A stretch of 64,000 bases of DNA from Octopus sinensis (lineage: Eukaryota). The notes under the pieces are model-generated. The model had not been told where the DNA came from. It saw nothing but the letters and a program-made list of their open reading frames with translations, and ran no database searches. The DNA lies in the NCBI RefSeq assembly GCF_006345805.1, contig NC_043022.1:13206001-13270000 (forward strand), read 5' to 3'. Positions 22,327 through 36,167 of the stretch are shown here, in pieces; within the stretch, counting starts at the first letter, position 1; each line of letters opens with the position of its first letter. A program made the position numbers and the translations under genes.

Positions 22327-25300
22327 TATTTTACTAAATTCTTTGTTATCTTTTTTAACTAATTGAAACAAAGACAGTGTATTTCAACAGGAATGGGGTA
22401 ACAAAAGGGTTAAATAAAATTAAATAGAATATACGAGAAAGCTCAGGGCAGCATGTAGCCCTAACATTGAGATTATCAAGAAAATTGACAGAAAATTAGT
22501 CATCAGAGATCATTGTTAGAACAAGGAAGAAATGACTTAGTCAAGCTACTCAAGTCACAGGTATATTGTTTTAATTACCTGTGGTATTATATTGTTTTGA
22601 ATGTAATAACTAGTAGTTGTAGTGGTCTTTAGTTAAGTTCACTATTGCAATAAACAAGGACCTTGGTCAATCCAGCAAGGGAGCCTCTGCATAGCCACCT
22701 GACTGACTAGAAATCATCGTCATCCTTTTCCACGCTTATATGGGTCATATGAAATTCGTAGGGGTAGATTTTCTATGGCAGACTGCCCTTCCAGTCACAA
22801 ATCCTTACCTGTTTCTCAGAAAGGTATGTTTTCCCATGGAAACATTGGAAATGAACACCAAGTACTTAACAGTGACTTTCATTTACAACTACCACACAAT
22901 GTCAAGATAAGGAGAAACAACACACACACACACACATTCTTATACGAGAGGCTTCTTTCAATTTCCATCAACCAATCCACTCACAAAGCTTTGGTCAACT
23001 TAGGTATATAGTAAAGACACTTGCCCAAGGTACTAGGCAATGGGACTGAACCAGAAACTATGTGGTTGTGAAGCAAATGTCTGAACCACAGAACCATGCC
23101 TGCAGCACCAACCAAATTCCCACAAACCACACTTATTGTAACAAAAAAGGGGGGTGGCACATTGGCAAGTAGCAAAGGTCATGGCTGGAACATCTTTTAT
23201 CATAATTCTGTTCAACAGCAACAAAAATTACTGGGATCTTAATCAAAGAATAGAGATATGAGTAGTCTCTGACATTTTTGAGTGACACTGATGAGCAATT
23301 ACAGACATTTTTGTTATAAATGATGAGGGTTCACATCTGAACAATCAATTTCACGGAGATCTTGAAACGTCTTGCTTCTTCTTTTACTTAATGCAGGAGT
23401 AAAACATAAATACGGGGTTAAATAAACAATATAATCGTGTGTGTGTGTGTGTGTGTAGTTATATTTCTACAAGTCATTTTTTTTTTTTCGTTTTTCATAT
23501 TTCATAATATTTTATATAATTCTAGACTTTAGTAGAAAGCTGTGTTGCTGGATGTTAATTTGGAATGACATGGCAACATTTGAAAAGATATACAACAAAG
23601 AATTGACGGTCTGCCATGCAAAAACAGAGTGATGACGTATGGTGGGAAATATTTTTGCTAGAGACTGTGTGTGTGTGTGCACGCAAGCATGTGTAAACCA
23701 GTTCAGGTGAGAGAAAAAAATCCAAACAAGTCTAAACAGAAAAAACTATGCGAGGGAGGAGAGGTGGCATTAAAGTATTTTAGATCAAAGCAAACCTCCT
23801 CTATTAAACAACTAGATTATTTATTGGTTTTATGGAAATTTAATGCAATAAAGTTGGAACTAAATCAACAATTTATAAACGTTTTCTGAACCAATTCTGT
23901 AGCTTTCAATTTAAGATTATTTTAGTTCACTTAAACTAAGACTCTTGAAAGAAAAGTATGATGGTTACAGAGCCCCATTTCTATATCTCTATTTCCATTA
24001 ATTATATCCACTCAACAGAAGGTAAAACCAGTACTGCCAGCAGAGTGCTCCTTCAAATGCAGTTGCTGTGTGGGCCTGTGCAGCCACAACAGACACTGCA
24101 CCACCATCAGCAGCTGACACGATTTCTTCGAGCACAAATCCATGGCCAAGACCATCAGATGCTTACTACTAATGTATCCACCACAATCCTTGTCTCTAAT
24201 CATCCATCACACCCTTTCCATGCTATAGTGCACTTTCCTACGCACCCACCTTCTCTGGTCTTCTCTCTCTATTCTCTCCCTCTCTCTCTAGCTGACGATG
24301 CCATGTATTCACCACTTCAGTAAGACACCTTTGCTTGTCCTTCAATACAAGTACCACATTCAGTTAAGGAGTCCTGTCTTGCAAGCTATTCAGTGGCCTC
24401 ACTAGTGCTGGTGCCATGAAACAAAAAAAAAAAAGCACCTGGTAACACACTGTAAAGCTGTTGGCATTAGAAAGGGCACCAAGCCATAGAAATCGTGCTG
24501 AAGCCAACGCTACAGCTTGGTGCAGTCCTATGGCTCAGTGATTTCTGTCAAACTGTCAAACCCAGGTCTACATGGCAAAAAAAAGAAGAATTAAATGATG
24601 ATGTGATTTATATAAAAACGTCCAGGTCCATCGTTGAAATCCCAGTCAGCTACTGCCAATAATAAACAAGCAATTTTTATCAAAAGACAAACTAGAAACG
24701 TTTGAGAGATACAATTAACAGAGAAAAGCCTACTTCCACACGGCTAACATTTATACAGTGCGTGTGTGTGTGCCTAAGTATGAGATTACATAACACAAAC
24801 ATTCCTGTTTGTGTTGCTTCGACAGTTTTTAACCTAAATGTCTTCATCTGTGAAATTCAATTACTTAATCACACCACCACCACCACCCCCGTTGCCCCTG
24901 CCACCAACAGCAACACTGTAACTATGCCACCACACGTCTCCACGAAGATATGACTAACTATGTTTCTAACATTAGTTCTTACCATGACCATGACTAAATA
25001 CTTTGGACATGATGTTCAATGGATTCTAGTTATTAGTGTCAAGAGGAGGAGAAGACAGTGGCCATTGCTCATTCTGGATGTCTACTCTTAAGTTCCTTCC
25101 AGAGAATGTAGTTCCAGAAGATTTGCTGGCTGTGACAGTGATTCATGGCTAGAGACCATTGTAATGAGAGAGACAGAGACAGACAGACAGACAGAGGGAA
25201 AGAGAGAGAGGACAAAGTTTCAGAGTGAATTTTGTCATCGTCATTCAACATCTACTTTTCCATGCTTGCGTAGGTCAGAGGGAATTAGTTGAGGCAGGTT

Positions 25301-25929
25301 TTCCACAGCCAGATGCTCTTCCTGTCACCCACTCTCACCTGATTCCAAGCAAGTTAATATTCCCCCCCCCCCGCCCCCCAGCTAGACAGGTTTTCCACAG
25401 AAGACTGAAAAGCAAACAACATTGCTTATATGATGATGCTGATGATGCCAAAACACACACACACACAACAGGCTTCTTTCAATTTCTGTCTACCAAATCC
25501 ACTCCAAAGGCTTTGGTTAGCCTGGGGCTATGACAGAAGACTTTTGCCCAAGGTGTTGCACGGTGAAACATAACCCAAGGCAGATATCTATGCACCTCAT
25601 ATTGGCGAGAACAAATTTACTTCTAAACACGAAGATGGTTTGGGGCTGGTTTCCCTTTTACCCCTTTAACGACCTGCATATAATGATGGCCCCATTGTAG
25701 ATACTTGAGAAATAGTTGAACCAACAGAAAGCAAACATATGACTACAGCTTTCTCAACAATGCAGCAGTCACACTGAACATTTTTTTAGATGAGCTCCCA
25801 GTATTATAACTAAGTGCAGCAGTTTTACCTGACTCTTGTTCATGAGAAAACAGTGTGCCCTTTAAAAAGGCAACCCTATCTCATGGTTTTAATAGTTAGA
25901 AGAATGTTTATTGGGAAATGTATACTTGC

Positions 25930-26157
25930 TTAACCCTTTAGCATTCAAACCGGCCATATCCGGCCAGAATATTTAACCTGTTTTATATTGAAACTGACCA
26001 GAGCTTGCCTCTCACCTCAGCCCTACCATGTCATTCTAAAACTAAAAAAACCACATCATTGAAATCTCTAAACTAAAGATAATACATGATTAATTCAAAA
26101 CAATATAAATAAACAAACATTACATTTGAGAGAATAATCTGAACACTAAAGGGTTAA
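25930..26157. mobile_element. piggyBac-type (TTAA) MITE, second family
   Basis: ttaaccctttagcattc...cactaaagggttaa. A related copy lies at 37891-38118. Confidence 0.85.
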
Positions 26158-26267
26158 AACAATTCAATTCTCTCACAAACAATATCTGAAGAATTCAAAA
26201 TTTGACCAAGTAAATAAAATTGTTAAGCACAAATAACTTACTGAAAATATTATCATTATTAAGGTGG

Positions 26268-26800
26268 CACAACTGTTGGCACACAAGACAAATTGCTTAG
26301 CAGCATTTCATCTGTCTGTATGTTCTGAATTCAAATTCTGCTGAGATTGACTTCGCTTTTTATCCTTTCAGGATCAATAAATATATGTATCAGACAAGTA
26401 CAGGGGATCAATGTAATAGACTCCCCTCCCGCCCACCTCAAAAACTGCTGGTCATGTGCCAAAATTTGAAATTATTGTTATTGCGGTGATGGATTAGCAG
26501 AATTGCTTACATCATTGAAAACAATACCTTGTGTTGTTTCTTCCAGCTCTTTACATTTTGAGTGCAAATCTCAGAGATCAGCCTCGCTTTCTCATCCCTC
26601 TGGGGTCAATAAACTGGGGGTTGATGTAATTGACAAACACCTACCTACCCGTGCCAAAATTTGAAATGATTATCATTAAGGTAGCAATCGTGAGTGCATC
26701 AGATGAAATTCTAAGCAGCATTGCTTTTGGTTCTTTACGTTCAAAGTTCTAATTCTGCCACAGTCAACTTTGCCTTTCATCTTTCTAGGTTCAATAAAAA
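26268..26800 (+). mobile_element. Stack of 3-4 decayed tRNA-SINE copies
   Basis: The blocks ttagcagcattt...gttcaaattctgc...gactttgcctttcatc...gtgccaaaatttgaaat recur. Confidence 0.75.
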
Positions 26801-27977
26801 TCAACTAATGCCCTCCATGGATAATATGATATCAGGAAATATGACAGACATACAATCACTATTATTTAACTTCCCTCAAATTTCTTGGTGCTTATTCAAA
26901 ATGAATTAGACCAATGGTAATTTTTCATAAAGGAAAATATTTATTACCTTAAATAAGACTGAATAACATTTGTGTAACTCCTCCATAGATACTCTGTCAC
27001 TCACACTCTCTTCTCCTCCTCCTCCTGTCTCCATAACTATTTCTCTCTACTCACCTTACACGTCTTATGTTAAGTCTGTATCTCTCTTACTCTCTTACAT
27101 CCTCATTCAATAAAAAGCGAAACTAGAGAAATCGACCAACAATTACATCAGCTGTTGTTGTTATACAGAACTGATGTGTCTGTGGAATATTCAACCATTA
27201 ACATTGCAAGGAGTTTGGTTGATTAAACAGCTGGAACACTCTTTGTTAAAACCAAATATTGGAGTCTTCATTTCTGACAAGTGTATAATTCGAAAATTCA
27301 ACAATCCATAGTTTTTCATAAGTGGAGGCTCGTGACTTAGAGGTTTGGTTGTTGGACTTGAAATCGAAAGATTGTGATTTCAATTCCTGGACTGGGTGAC
27401 GTTTTGTGTTCTTCAGTGAAACACTTCATTTCACATCGCTCCAGTCTGCTCAGCTGGCAAAAATAGCCATTCCTCAGACAGATCAGCAGACCATTTGTGT
27501 TTGGGGCAGGTGGAGTGGGGAGCACCAGAGAATCTGGGAAACTGGCCCTATCAGTCCATAGGGCTCAGAAAGGAGCTTTATCCTAGTTTTACATAGTGGT
27601 TAATCACCTTTGGTGAAATGTTTTGACTACAACATTTCAAAATTAGATTGTTTTCGTTGTGAAATGATAGATGTTGAACTTTTAACTTGTTGTGAAAACA
27701 ATAAAAAACATCCACACCACCACCAGATGCTTGTGTGTTCACAACTGCCATTCAAAATTAGATTCTTTTATCTCTCAGTCAACTGAACTGTAAACTGCAA
27801 ACAAAGTTCAGAAAGAAACATAAATATCATCAATCTTCATCTAAGATACTGTTTCAAAGTCAAACTGTTATCAGTGCAGGACATATTTGCTTAGGACAGC
27901 GATAAGAATATGAAATGGTCAAAGGATGTTTTTGTGTCATGAAGTATAACACTTCTTTTTACAAGTCCAGTCATATC

Positions 27978-28078
<101 letters not shown>

Positions 28079-28311
28079 CAATAAGTGATATTAGTGAAAT
28101 TTTATCTTAATGAACATACAACATTTTACACATGGCGACAAGAACTGAGAGGTTATTAACCCTTTGTCACCAGAGTTCTGTTGAAACACACTGCCTATGT
28201 TTAGATTAATTTTGACAACCATGAAAAATTCAGCAAAATAACTGTCTCAATGCCAGCCCCTCCACCACCACCACACCCACCACCACCATCATCATCACCA
28301 TTACCACCACC

Positions 28312-28590
28312 ACTGGCTCCTGTGCCGGTAGCATGTAAAAAGCGCCATCTGAACATGACCAAAGCCAGTGCTGCCTGACTGGCTCCCATGCCGGTGGCAC
28401 ATAAAAAGCCACCAACTACACTTTTGGAGTGGTTGGCGTCAGGAAGGGCATCCAGCTGTAGAAACTCTGCCAGATCAGATTGGAGCCTGGTGTGAGCTTC
28501 TGGCTTGCCAGTCCCCAGTCAAAACCGTCCAACCCATGTCAGCATGGAAAATGGATGTTAAACGATGATGATGATGATTATTATTATTAT
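28312..28590 (+). mobile_element. (GAT)n-tailed element, family of 22051
   Basis: Shares the gtgccggtggcacataaaaagc and gagtggttggcgtcaggaagggcatccagctgtagaaac blocks. Confidence 0.85.
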
Positions 28591-28884
28591 TAAGTTGGTG
28601 TTTAAAACATAAATGAACATAGAAATATACTGCTTTTGATTCAATTCAATTTAGAAGTAAAGTAACTGTCATTATGAAGCTGGTGTTTGAATGAATATTA
28701 ATACAAAATTCTGGATAATGGTTTTTAATTTAGATTACTTTAAAACAGGGAATTCATCATAAAACTATGAGCTGTGTCAGGCAAATTGATATCAAAAGAA
28801 TTTGAAGACAATAAAAGTAGTAAAGAAGTTCATTTGAGGAGCAAACCTCATGGCTATCAATTCAAATGTTTTAGAAGTTATACT

Positions 28885-29260
28885 CGGAGACCCCCTTCGG
28901 TCACGACACAGACCATGGGATTGCACCTAGAAAGTTACCCTCCTAGACACAAGTCTGGGCATGGTTGTTTATGGAAGACCAGCAGTCGCCCATGCATATC
29001 AGCCTCCCCTCTCCACGCCACCAGTGTTATCCAAGAGAAAGACAAAGGTCGATACAGCTTGGCACCAGTGACGTCGCAACTCATTTCTACAGCTGAGTGA
29101 ACTGGAGCAACGTGAAATAAAGTGCCTTGCTCAAGAACACAACACGCAGCCCGGTCCGGGATTCGAGCTCACAACCTCACGATCATAAGCTCGACGCTCT
29201 AACCACTGAGTCATGCGCCTTCACTATACTGACCACTGAGCCATGCGCCTTCACTATACT
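28885..29260 (-). mobile_element. Full-length tRNA-derived SINE with duplicated 5' end
   Basis: Head ggcgcatggctcagtggttagagcgtcgagc...tcgaatcccggacc, and central ttgagcaaggcactttatttcacgttgctccagttcactcagctg. 11-bp TSD gaagttatact at 28874-28884 and 29261-29271. Confidence 0.92.
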
Positions 29261-31876
29261 GAAGTTATACTATTAAATATCAAAAACCTAACAATTACAA
29301 CACCTGGACTTAATGCTAGTGTTGCCAATTGTTAATTCCCCCTATATCACTGATGTACCAGAACAATTGCACCTTCAATGTTTTACTCTCTGGTCAATGT
29401 CTTTCATTGTCATCATCAGATTCACTTCAGTAATTCCTATCCTTGTTGGAGACTTGGAAAATTATTTACTAAAAAAGTAAATAGGATCAATAGTAATTCT
29501 AATCTATAACTTACCCCTGACAAATAGCGCATACACACACACACGCACAGCCCCCATTTAGTTGAGGGAGCTTTATTTTCTTCCCCATTTTCTCCTCTTG
29601 CGAGTTACTTTGTAAATTTAATAGAGCTGCTGGTAGTATGAAAAAAAGGACCCAGTACACACAGCAAAGTGGCTGGTATTAAGAAGGGTATCCAGCTATA
29701 AAAACCTTGTCAAAGCAACACTGAAGCTCGACTCAGCCCTGCAGTTCTCTGGATTCTGTCAAACCGACAAACCATACTCAGCCTGGAAAACAGATACTAA
29801 ACAACAATGATTAAGACTTCACAGAAGGTGAAGCGTACAGTCGAATGAAGGAGTGAGGGTAGAACAGTCGGGTGAGGGGGAGATGGAAGTCGAGTGAGGG
29901 GGTAGGTGGAACAAGTAAAGTGAGGTGAATGTTGCCCCATACTCGAATTACCCACAAAAAGAAATATGTATACATCAACATGGTACAAAATCCTTTACAA
30001 TTGCATTCTAAAAACAAGCAAACTCTACTTCCAGATTATGGAAGACAGAATTGCTGATTTCGGTAACTAATTACTAGAAAAACTGGACAATAAAGTACAG
30101 GCTAAAACAACCAGAAAATACCTTCATAAAGCAAATATATCTTTTAATGCCATGTTTATACTTCATCTTATTGTGACTGCATTATTAAGATGGGGTACCA
30201 TAAATGGCAGTGGCCCTTATGTAAAGCAATACTCCTGACAACGTGTGAAGGTGAGGAAAGGATCTGAAACCCCTAAAATCAACAACAATAAAGAAAAAAA
30301 ACCTTAAATTGAATCACTTTATATAACTCTTCAATTAGCTTTGGTCCATAACCAATATATCTTATTTATTTATTTATTTATTTCATGGTATGTATGGTAT
30401 TTTATGAAATTATCTACATCAGAGAAGACCTCCACTTCTGTGGGGAGTGGGGGGGGCACCTTTCTCCCCCAAATAAAAAAAGAACAATTGTTCAACCATT
30501 CAGAAGCTACTATCTGTAGATTTCATGTTGGATTTCTTCCAAGAGTTTGCCTAAATAACAACAGACACCAGACAAGCAGACAACAACCACAAACTTTATG
30601 AACAAACGAGGAAGTATGTGTTATTCAGCATTCTAAGTATGTCAGCCCAATTTGTTGTAACAGCAATCAAATCTTTTCTGCCATCTGCCGAAACCATCTG
30701 TTCCCAGCTTGTTAAGAATAGGACAAAAAACAGCTAAGTTGACACTAAACTATAGGACAAGACCATCACAACTAAAATATTACGTTATAGAACCCCATGC
30801 TTCTAAAACCTAACATGCTAAATTTGATAAACCCTTTGTTGTATTTCAGTTGAAACACACCACCTCTGTTACAATTTTCATTCCAAAAATAATTATTTAT
30901 TGAAATAACTTTGGTACTTAGAAAATAAAATTAACAAGAAAAATCAACCCTAACACTCCTTATTCTGTCGGTCTCTTTTGCCAAACCAAAGCCACAGGGA
31001 CCCGCTCTCAAGTAGCAGTCAAGGACAAAGACACACTATCACACACAACAAGCTTCCATGCAGTTTTCATTTACTAAATTCACTCACAAGGCATTGGTTG
31101 ACCTTGAGCTACAGTAGAAGGCACTTTGCCCAAAAAAGCTATACCGTGAGACTGAGGTGGAAAGCACACAGTTGCAAAATGAGCTTCTTAACCACAGAGC
31201 CACACCTAAGCCTATAATGTAGACTAGATCTGTAACAAGTTCACAGCACAATTCATTCTAGGACACATTTTGACCACCTCTACTCTGAATATTTCTCACG
31301 TACATAATATCAACCCAGACCAGTATTTTTTTAATTGGCGCAATCACCTTAATCTATTCAAGCAACAAACTATATTCGAGTTGTTTGCTCAATAGGCTAC
31401 GAAACAGTGAGGGTTGGCAACGGGAAGGGCATCCAGCCATAGAAAAATCTACCTCAACGAATTGTCTCTGACCCATCCAAGCATGGAAAAGTAGACATTA
31501 AAAGTAGACAATGCAAAGTGTCTCAATAGCTTTCAAACCATATTCTTACCTAAAGTCTCTCACTGTATAAAGACAGCATCACATTTCTTTGTATTGAACT
31601 TCAGAGTTACTACGTAAACCTTATATTTCTTCCTATGAAATATTTTCAAATTACAATGAAGACAGTGGAGGGTAGCAACCAAACTATCAATACTGTTCTA
31701 CCATTCCCACAGATTAACAACCAAATTTAATCCGATTTACCTTGAGTATCTAGCTAACATTAAAGACAGACAGATTTTGTCATAACCTTTCAGCACTTGT
31801 TGGTTGACTTCCCTCCTCACCTCCTCTACTTCTACGTCAGCACTTACTGACTTGATTTAATTAATTGCCAACTCAC

Positions 31877-31895
31877 ATCTAGTGGGCAAACGTAA
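31877..31895 (-). CDS. Candidate microexon (19 nt; 48 nt if the distal donor after 31848 is used)
   Basis: A branch-like tgactaaac, the pyrimidine tract gttctcttctcctctgtcgtcatttgtcag, then TTACGTTTGCCCACTAGAT|gtgagt. A second donor TCA|gtaagt lies 29 nt further on. No homology support. Confidence 0.4.
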
Positions 31896-32055
31896 CTGAC
31901 AAATGACGACAGAGGAGAAGAGAACAACGGTTTAGTCACTCAAAAACCTTATATTTTTCCCAGCCACCTTTGCTAATGATATCTGATAAGACCAAAACAT
32001 GTTTGGAGTTGTAACCAAACTCATTTCTCCACATCAAGGCCCACACACACACACA

Positions 32056-32099
<44 letters not shown>

Positions 32100-32892
32100 C
32101 ACACACATACACACACCACTGCCTTCATAAATTTCTCCAGTCTTTTGTAACTGTAATACATAATTAAGCATTTTTTTACTTCTTCTTCCTCTCTCTACCT
32201 TAATTTTAATTTACCATTTTTCACTCATTGCACAAAATGTAAATATTGCTACACATTTAACTATTTAACTTTCATGTAAAAAAAATTTTTTAAAAGCATC
32301 CATGGAAAATTCCTCCAGTTATGAATCTGACCAATTTTTACCTTTGCTTTTTCGATAATGATTATTTACCTTGAGATTCTATTTCAAATTTAAACTCTAG
32401 GAAAGTCAGGAGGAATAATTAAGATGAAAGGAATATGAAACATTTAAACCAGAAAACAACCATTTAGAATGAAAGACACCAATAACAGAGAATTCAGTTA
32501 CTTGATCCTTTGGTGGATATCCTCATCATTATCATTTAATGCCCAACGTTTCCAAGGCCAAACGGAATTTGCGGGGCACAGATTTTCTACAGCCAGGTGC
32601 ACTTCCTGTCAACAATCCTCATGGAAGACTGGACATGGAGGACCCTGCTTACATGACAGGGACATTCATTTACAACTGTCATATGTAGGCAAGAGACAGT
32701 AACAACACACACATGGAAATAATATTGACAAACCGGACAGCATTTGGCAGACAGGGAGTAGTGATGGCAGAAAACTAGGGCACACAGATTTGTTGAAAAT
32801 ACATGTAACAGGCTTTTTGCTTTTTTGTATATTTTTTTCTTGGAAAATTACAAACCATTTCCTGTAAATTAACTGATGAAAGAATTTATATA

Positions 32893-32927
<35 letters not shown>

Positions 32928-33212
32928 AGTAGTTAGGGTAATCCCAGCTGTTCCCTCTTGAATTATTATAAATTTTCTGTCTGACAAATTTCTAAAAGGA
33001 AATTCCTTATATGTCTATCTAACATGTAAATCTTTGCAATTCCTATTGACAAATGAAACACTTGTAGTGGAAAATAAATAATATGAAAAAAATTTTCCAC
33101 TTTCCTGTTTTGTTATAAATATGTCTTGAAGACTTACAGTTGGACATGACTGTTTCAAACATGAAAGCAAAACTCAAATAAAATAAATCAATGTCTATCT
33201 TTAAAGAATCTT

Positions 33213-33245
<33 letters not shown>

Positions 33246-34583
33246 CTGTGCAAAAAAAAAACATTTGTTGTACTGGACTTTATAATGTTATTTATAAATT
33301 TAAAAAAACATTAACGGCTGCAACAATACAATGGTTCTTGCCATCACAAGGTCATCGACTTTGTATCATTCCTGGAGCTGATAGGCACCATTCTGATAAT
33401 TATTAAATACAGAACTTGATACGATACTAACTGATGTATATATATTTAGATTGTGTAATGTTATGTTCTTGGAGAGGAGCTTAACTGAAAACAAGCGAAT
33501 CAACAAAATAATTAACACAAACGAAGATCTTATTCTATAGACATATCCTGGTAATTAGACAAAAGAAACTATTTATAATGGAACGACTGCAATGACAGAC
33601 AAAATTAGAAAGAAAGTGAAATGTTCATTACATCTTAACTCATTCCACTAAACACAGATTTAGTTTTATTGACTTTATGCTTTAAGGTTAGACGCATGGG
33701 GAGGAGTGTGGGGGGGTCTTAGTTAATTAGATTTACAACTTTTTTTAAACAGCTGGTGAAACTAAATTATTTTCATTCATCGACAGAAAGTTTAGGTGAG
33801 ATGCCCCTGGAAGCATGAAAACTTTTGTGACACAACCAGCAACACACATCTTTTCAACTTTGCAACAATAAATAATAGAATTTTAACAGCAATTATTACT
33901 TTTCTGACATATATTGTTTTTTTTTTGTTGTTTTTTTAATAAAATTCATTTTTAAGTAAATTTCCCAAGATCAGATATTGTAGCTGTGAGTGTCTCCCAC
34001 AATTCCCAAGTTTCATGTTTTTTTTTCCCCTTCCTGTATGTTGTAATAGTCTTCGGTGATGTGTTCAGCCAATACTTTCAAAACTAGATTATACACTCAC
34101 TTCTATTACTATGGATATATCAACATGATGACTGGCAGCTGAAAAAGAAGGCTCCATATAATAAAAAGTGCAGTGCTGTTAATTAAGATCGTAACCATGC
34201 TAGTGTAAATTATACAAAGTTAAAACTGGTGCCAACATTAATAACTAATTCTAGCTTTGGACATACAATAATAACAGACAGCACTACTTTAAAATTTCTG
34301 TGGAGTTTACTGCATTAGAAACATTGATACCATTAGAGGCAGGGGGGAAATATTATTGTAAATAAATACAATACGAGGCTAGAGAGGAAACAGAAATGAA
34401 GAACATAAAATAACAATGTAACATGTTGGCTAAAACTTTTGCGGAGATTTCTGGGGAGGGAAATTCATCCAGTGCTAGATTGTTGGACTTGGTTTCCTTT
34501 CGGGTCCAGTAGACTTAAGATTAAGAAGAGTTGAACAGTTTTTGGTCATGCAACTGGTCCATCAGTACCTGCTTCGTACTTAC

Positions 34584-34627
34584 CGTCTGAGTAGCTGACC
34601 AACCACCTGTTGTTGTTGCTGTTCCAC
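34584..34627 (-). CDS. Candidate 44-nt spen exon (would read G-WNSNNNRWLVSYSD-G after the RRM1 exon)
   Basis: cttttacatgcag|GTGGAACAGC...CTCAGACG|gtaagtac gives canonical AG and a consensus GTAAGT donor. It is open in all three frames, and a UGCAUG lies about 32 nt downstream (34547-34552). No homology support. Confidence 0.45.
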
Positions 34628-36167
34628 CTGCATGTAAAAGCTCCCAGTATTAAAAACAATGGTACAACTCCCAGGTAATTCTCAATACACTATTTCAGTG
34701 GTAATCCACAGAATGCATTAAATTCCAATAAAACGATGGCCCAGATTAAATTGTAACAATCCTTTGTGTGTGTGGTTTTTTAATGACATGATTCAGTGAT
34801 AAGAATTCCAGATGAGAGGAGGGGTAGGAAATGGCAATTCCAATATTTTATGTACTCCTCATCAATGAGTAAGCATTGAAACTCCACATGGCGCCAGATG
34901 TACATTTGTATCCAGTCATGTAAAAATCCAATTTACACTCCAAAAATCCTTCAAGGGTTAACCAGATTTGCTAGAATATTAACACACGGCAGTGAGTTAA
35001 TGATCTCTTAGATCTTTTTAGTAATGGTAATTCCATAAAAACGCTGATTCTGATACATATATATATATATACATATATAGATATATTTTACTCCAGACAT
35101 TGGTATCCATGATGTTCTGCTATGTAAATAATACCATTTACAATGGTTAATCCACACATGTAATTGCCCTCAAAAAACTTTACCTGTTTTAGTAATCCAG
35201 CATTAGTGCTCCTTGATTAAGCTAGATTATGGCGAAGACCTCAAATGGGGTGTTTCTCATTTAGTTTGACATTTTTTTTATTCAGGTTTTCATTTGCTTG
35301 TTTTTTAAGTATATATAACATTGGATGAAGGATGAGAGAAATGGAAGGACATTTGTGCAATAAGAAATATTCCCGTACATCCAACAGATTGCTGAAGTAA
35401 AGAATCCAAATCTTTAAGAAAATCAAGATCCAAAACACTAAAAGAAAAAATGGTGAACACAATACAAGTAGAAAAAAGTGTGTAAGAATTTTACATCATA
35501 AATTGAAAAGATGGTGTGTTTCAGAAAGGGTAAGAAAGAGAGAGAACTGCAGGAACAATGAAAGATGGTGTGTGGAGGAAAGAGAGAAATTGCAGAAATA
35601 ATGAAATGATGGAGACAACAAACAGTACAAGAGAAAATACAAGTCAAAAACTTCACCAACAATCAAGAAAACATATCACTAATGATGCACAACACTACCG
35701 TGAGTGTGTGTGTGTGTGTGTGTATGTCTGTGTGTGTATGTGCATGTGTTAGTTTGTGATTTTTTTCCTTAAACATGGCATAACCAAAAACAGCCAAATT
35801 ACAATTTAGCTTTTGTTTTGTTTCCAATGAAATCTAAATGAACGAGTTTAAATATTTAGAGTTTCTTTTTCTTTTCTCCTAAGAAATCAAAAAAAGACAC
35901 TAATCAATGTATTTCTAATTAAGTGAGGAGGACAGTGCTTTGCAGTGGAGTTGGGGGGAAGTGAGTGTCTGGTGATGTTACATTTGGGTAGTAAGAATGT
36001 GCAATTAAAACTAAAACGATGACAAACAGCAATAATAATAATAATAATATAATAATAATAATAATAATTTCTAGCGTCGACGACACAAGAATGGCATTTT
36101 TTAGAAGAGCCAACACATTTGGTTTCTGGCTTCAGCAAGCCATAAACCAACATGGAGGGTGACTTAC

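Noticed and set aside
23288-23371. CTGATGAG...GAAACGTC hammerhead-like spacing
   Set aside because: Neither stem I nor stem II pairs convincingly; at best an unrecognisably decayed relic.
23958-24323. 121-aa plus-strand ORF
   Set aside because: No recognisable domain or splice context, and it runs into a retro-element.
29850-29905. G-quadruplex-like GTGAGGG repeats
   Set aside because: Long irregular loops and no supporting context.
30122-30272. Minus-strand exon with a strong acceptor
   Set aside because: Stops in all three frames and a weak donor.
35241-35392. In-frame terminal exon after the RRM1 exon (GNLLDVREYF...)
   Set aside because: AT-rich, intron-like composition with no poly(A) or homology support.
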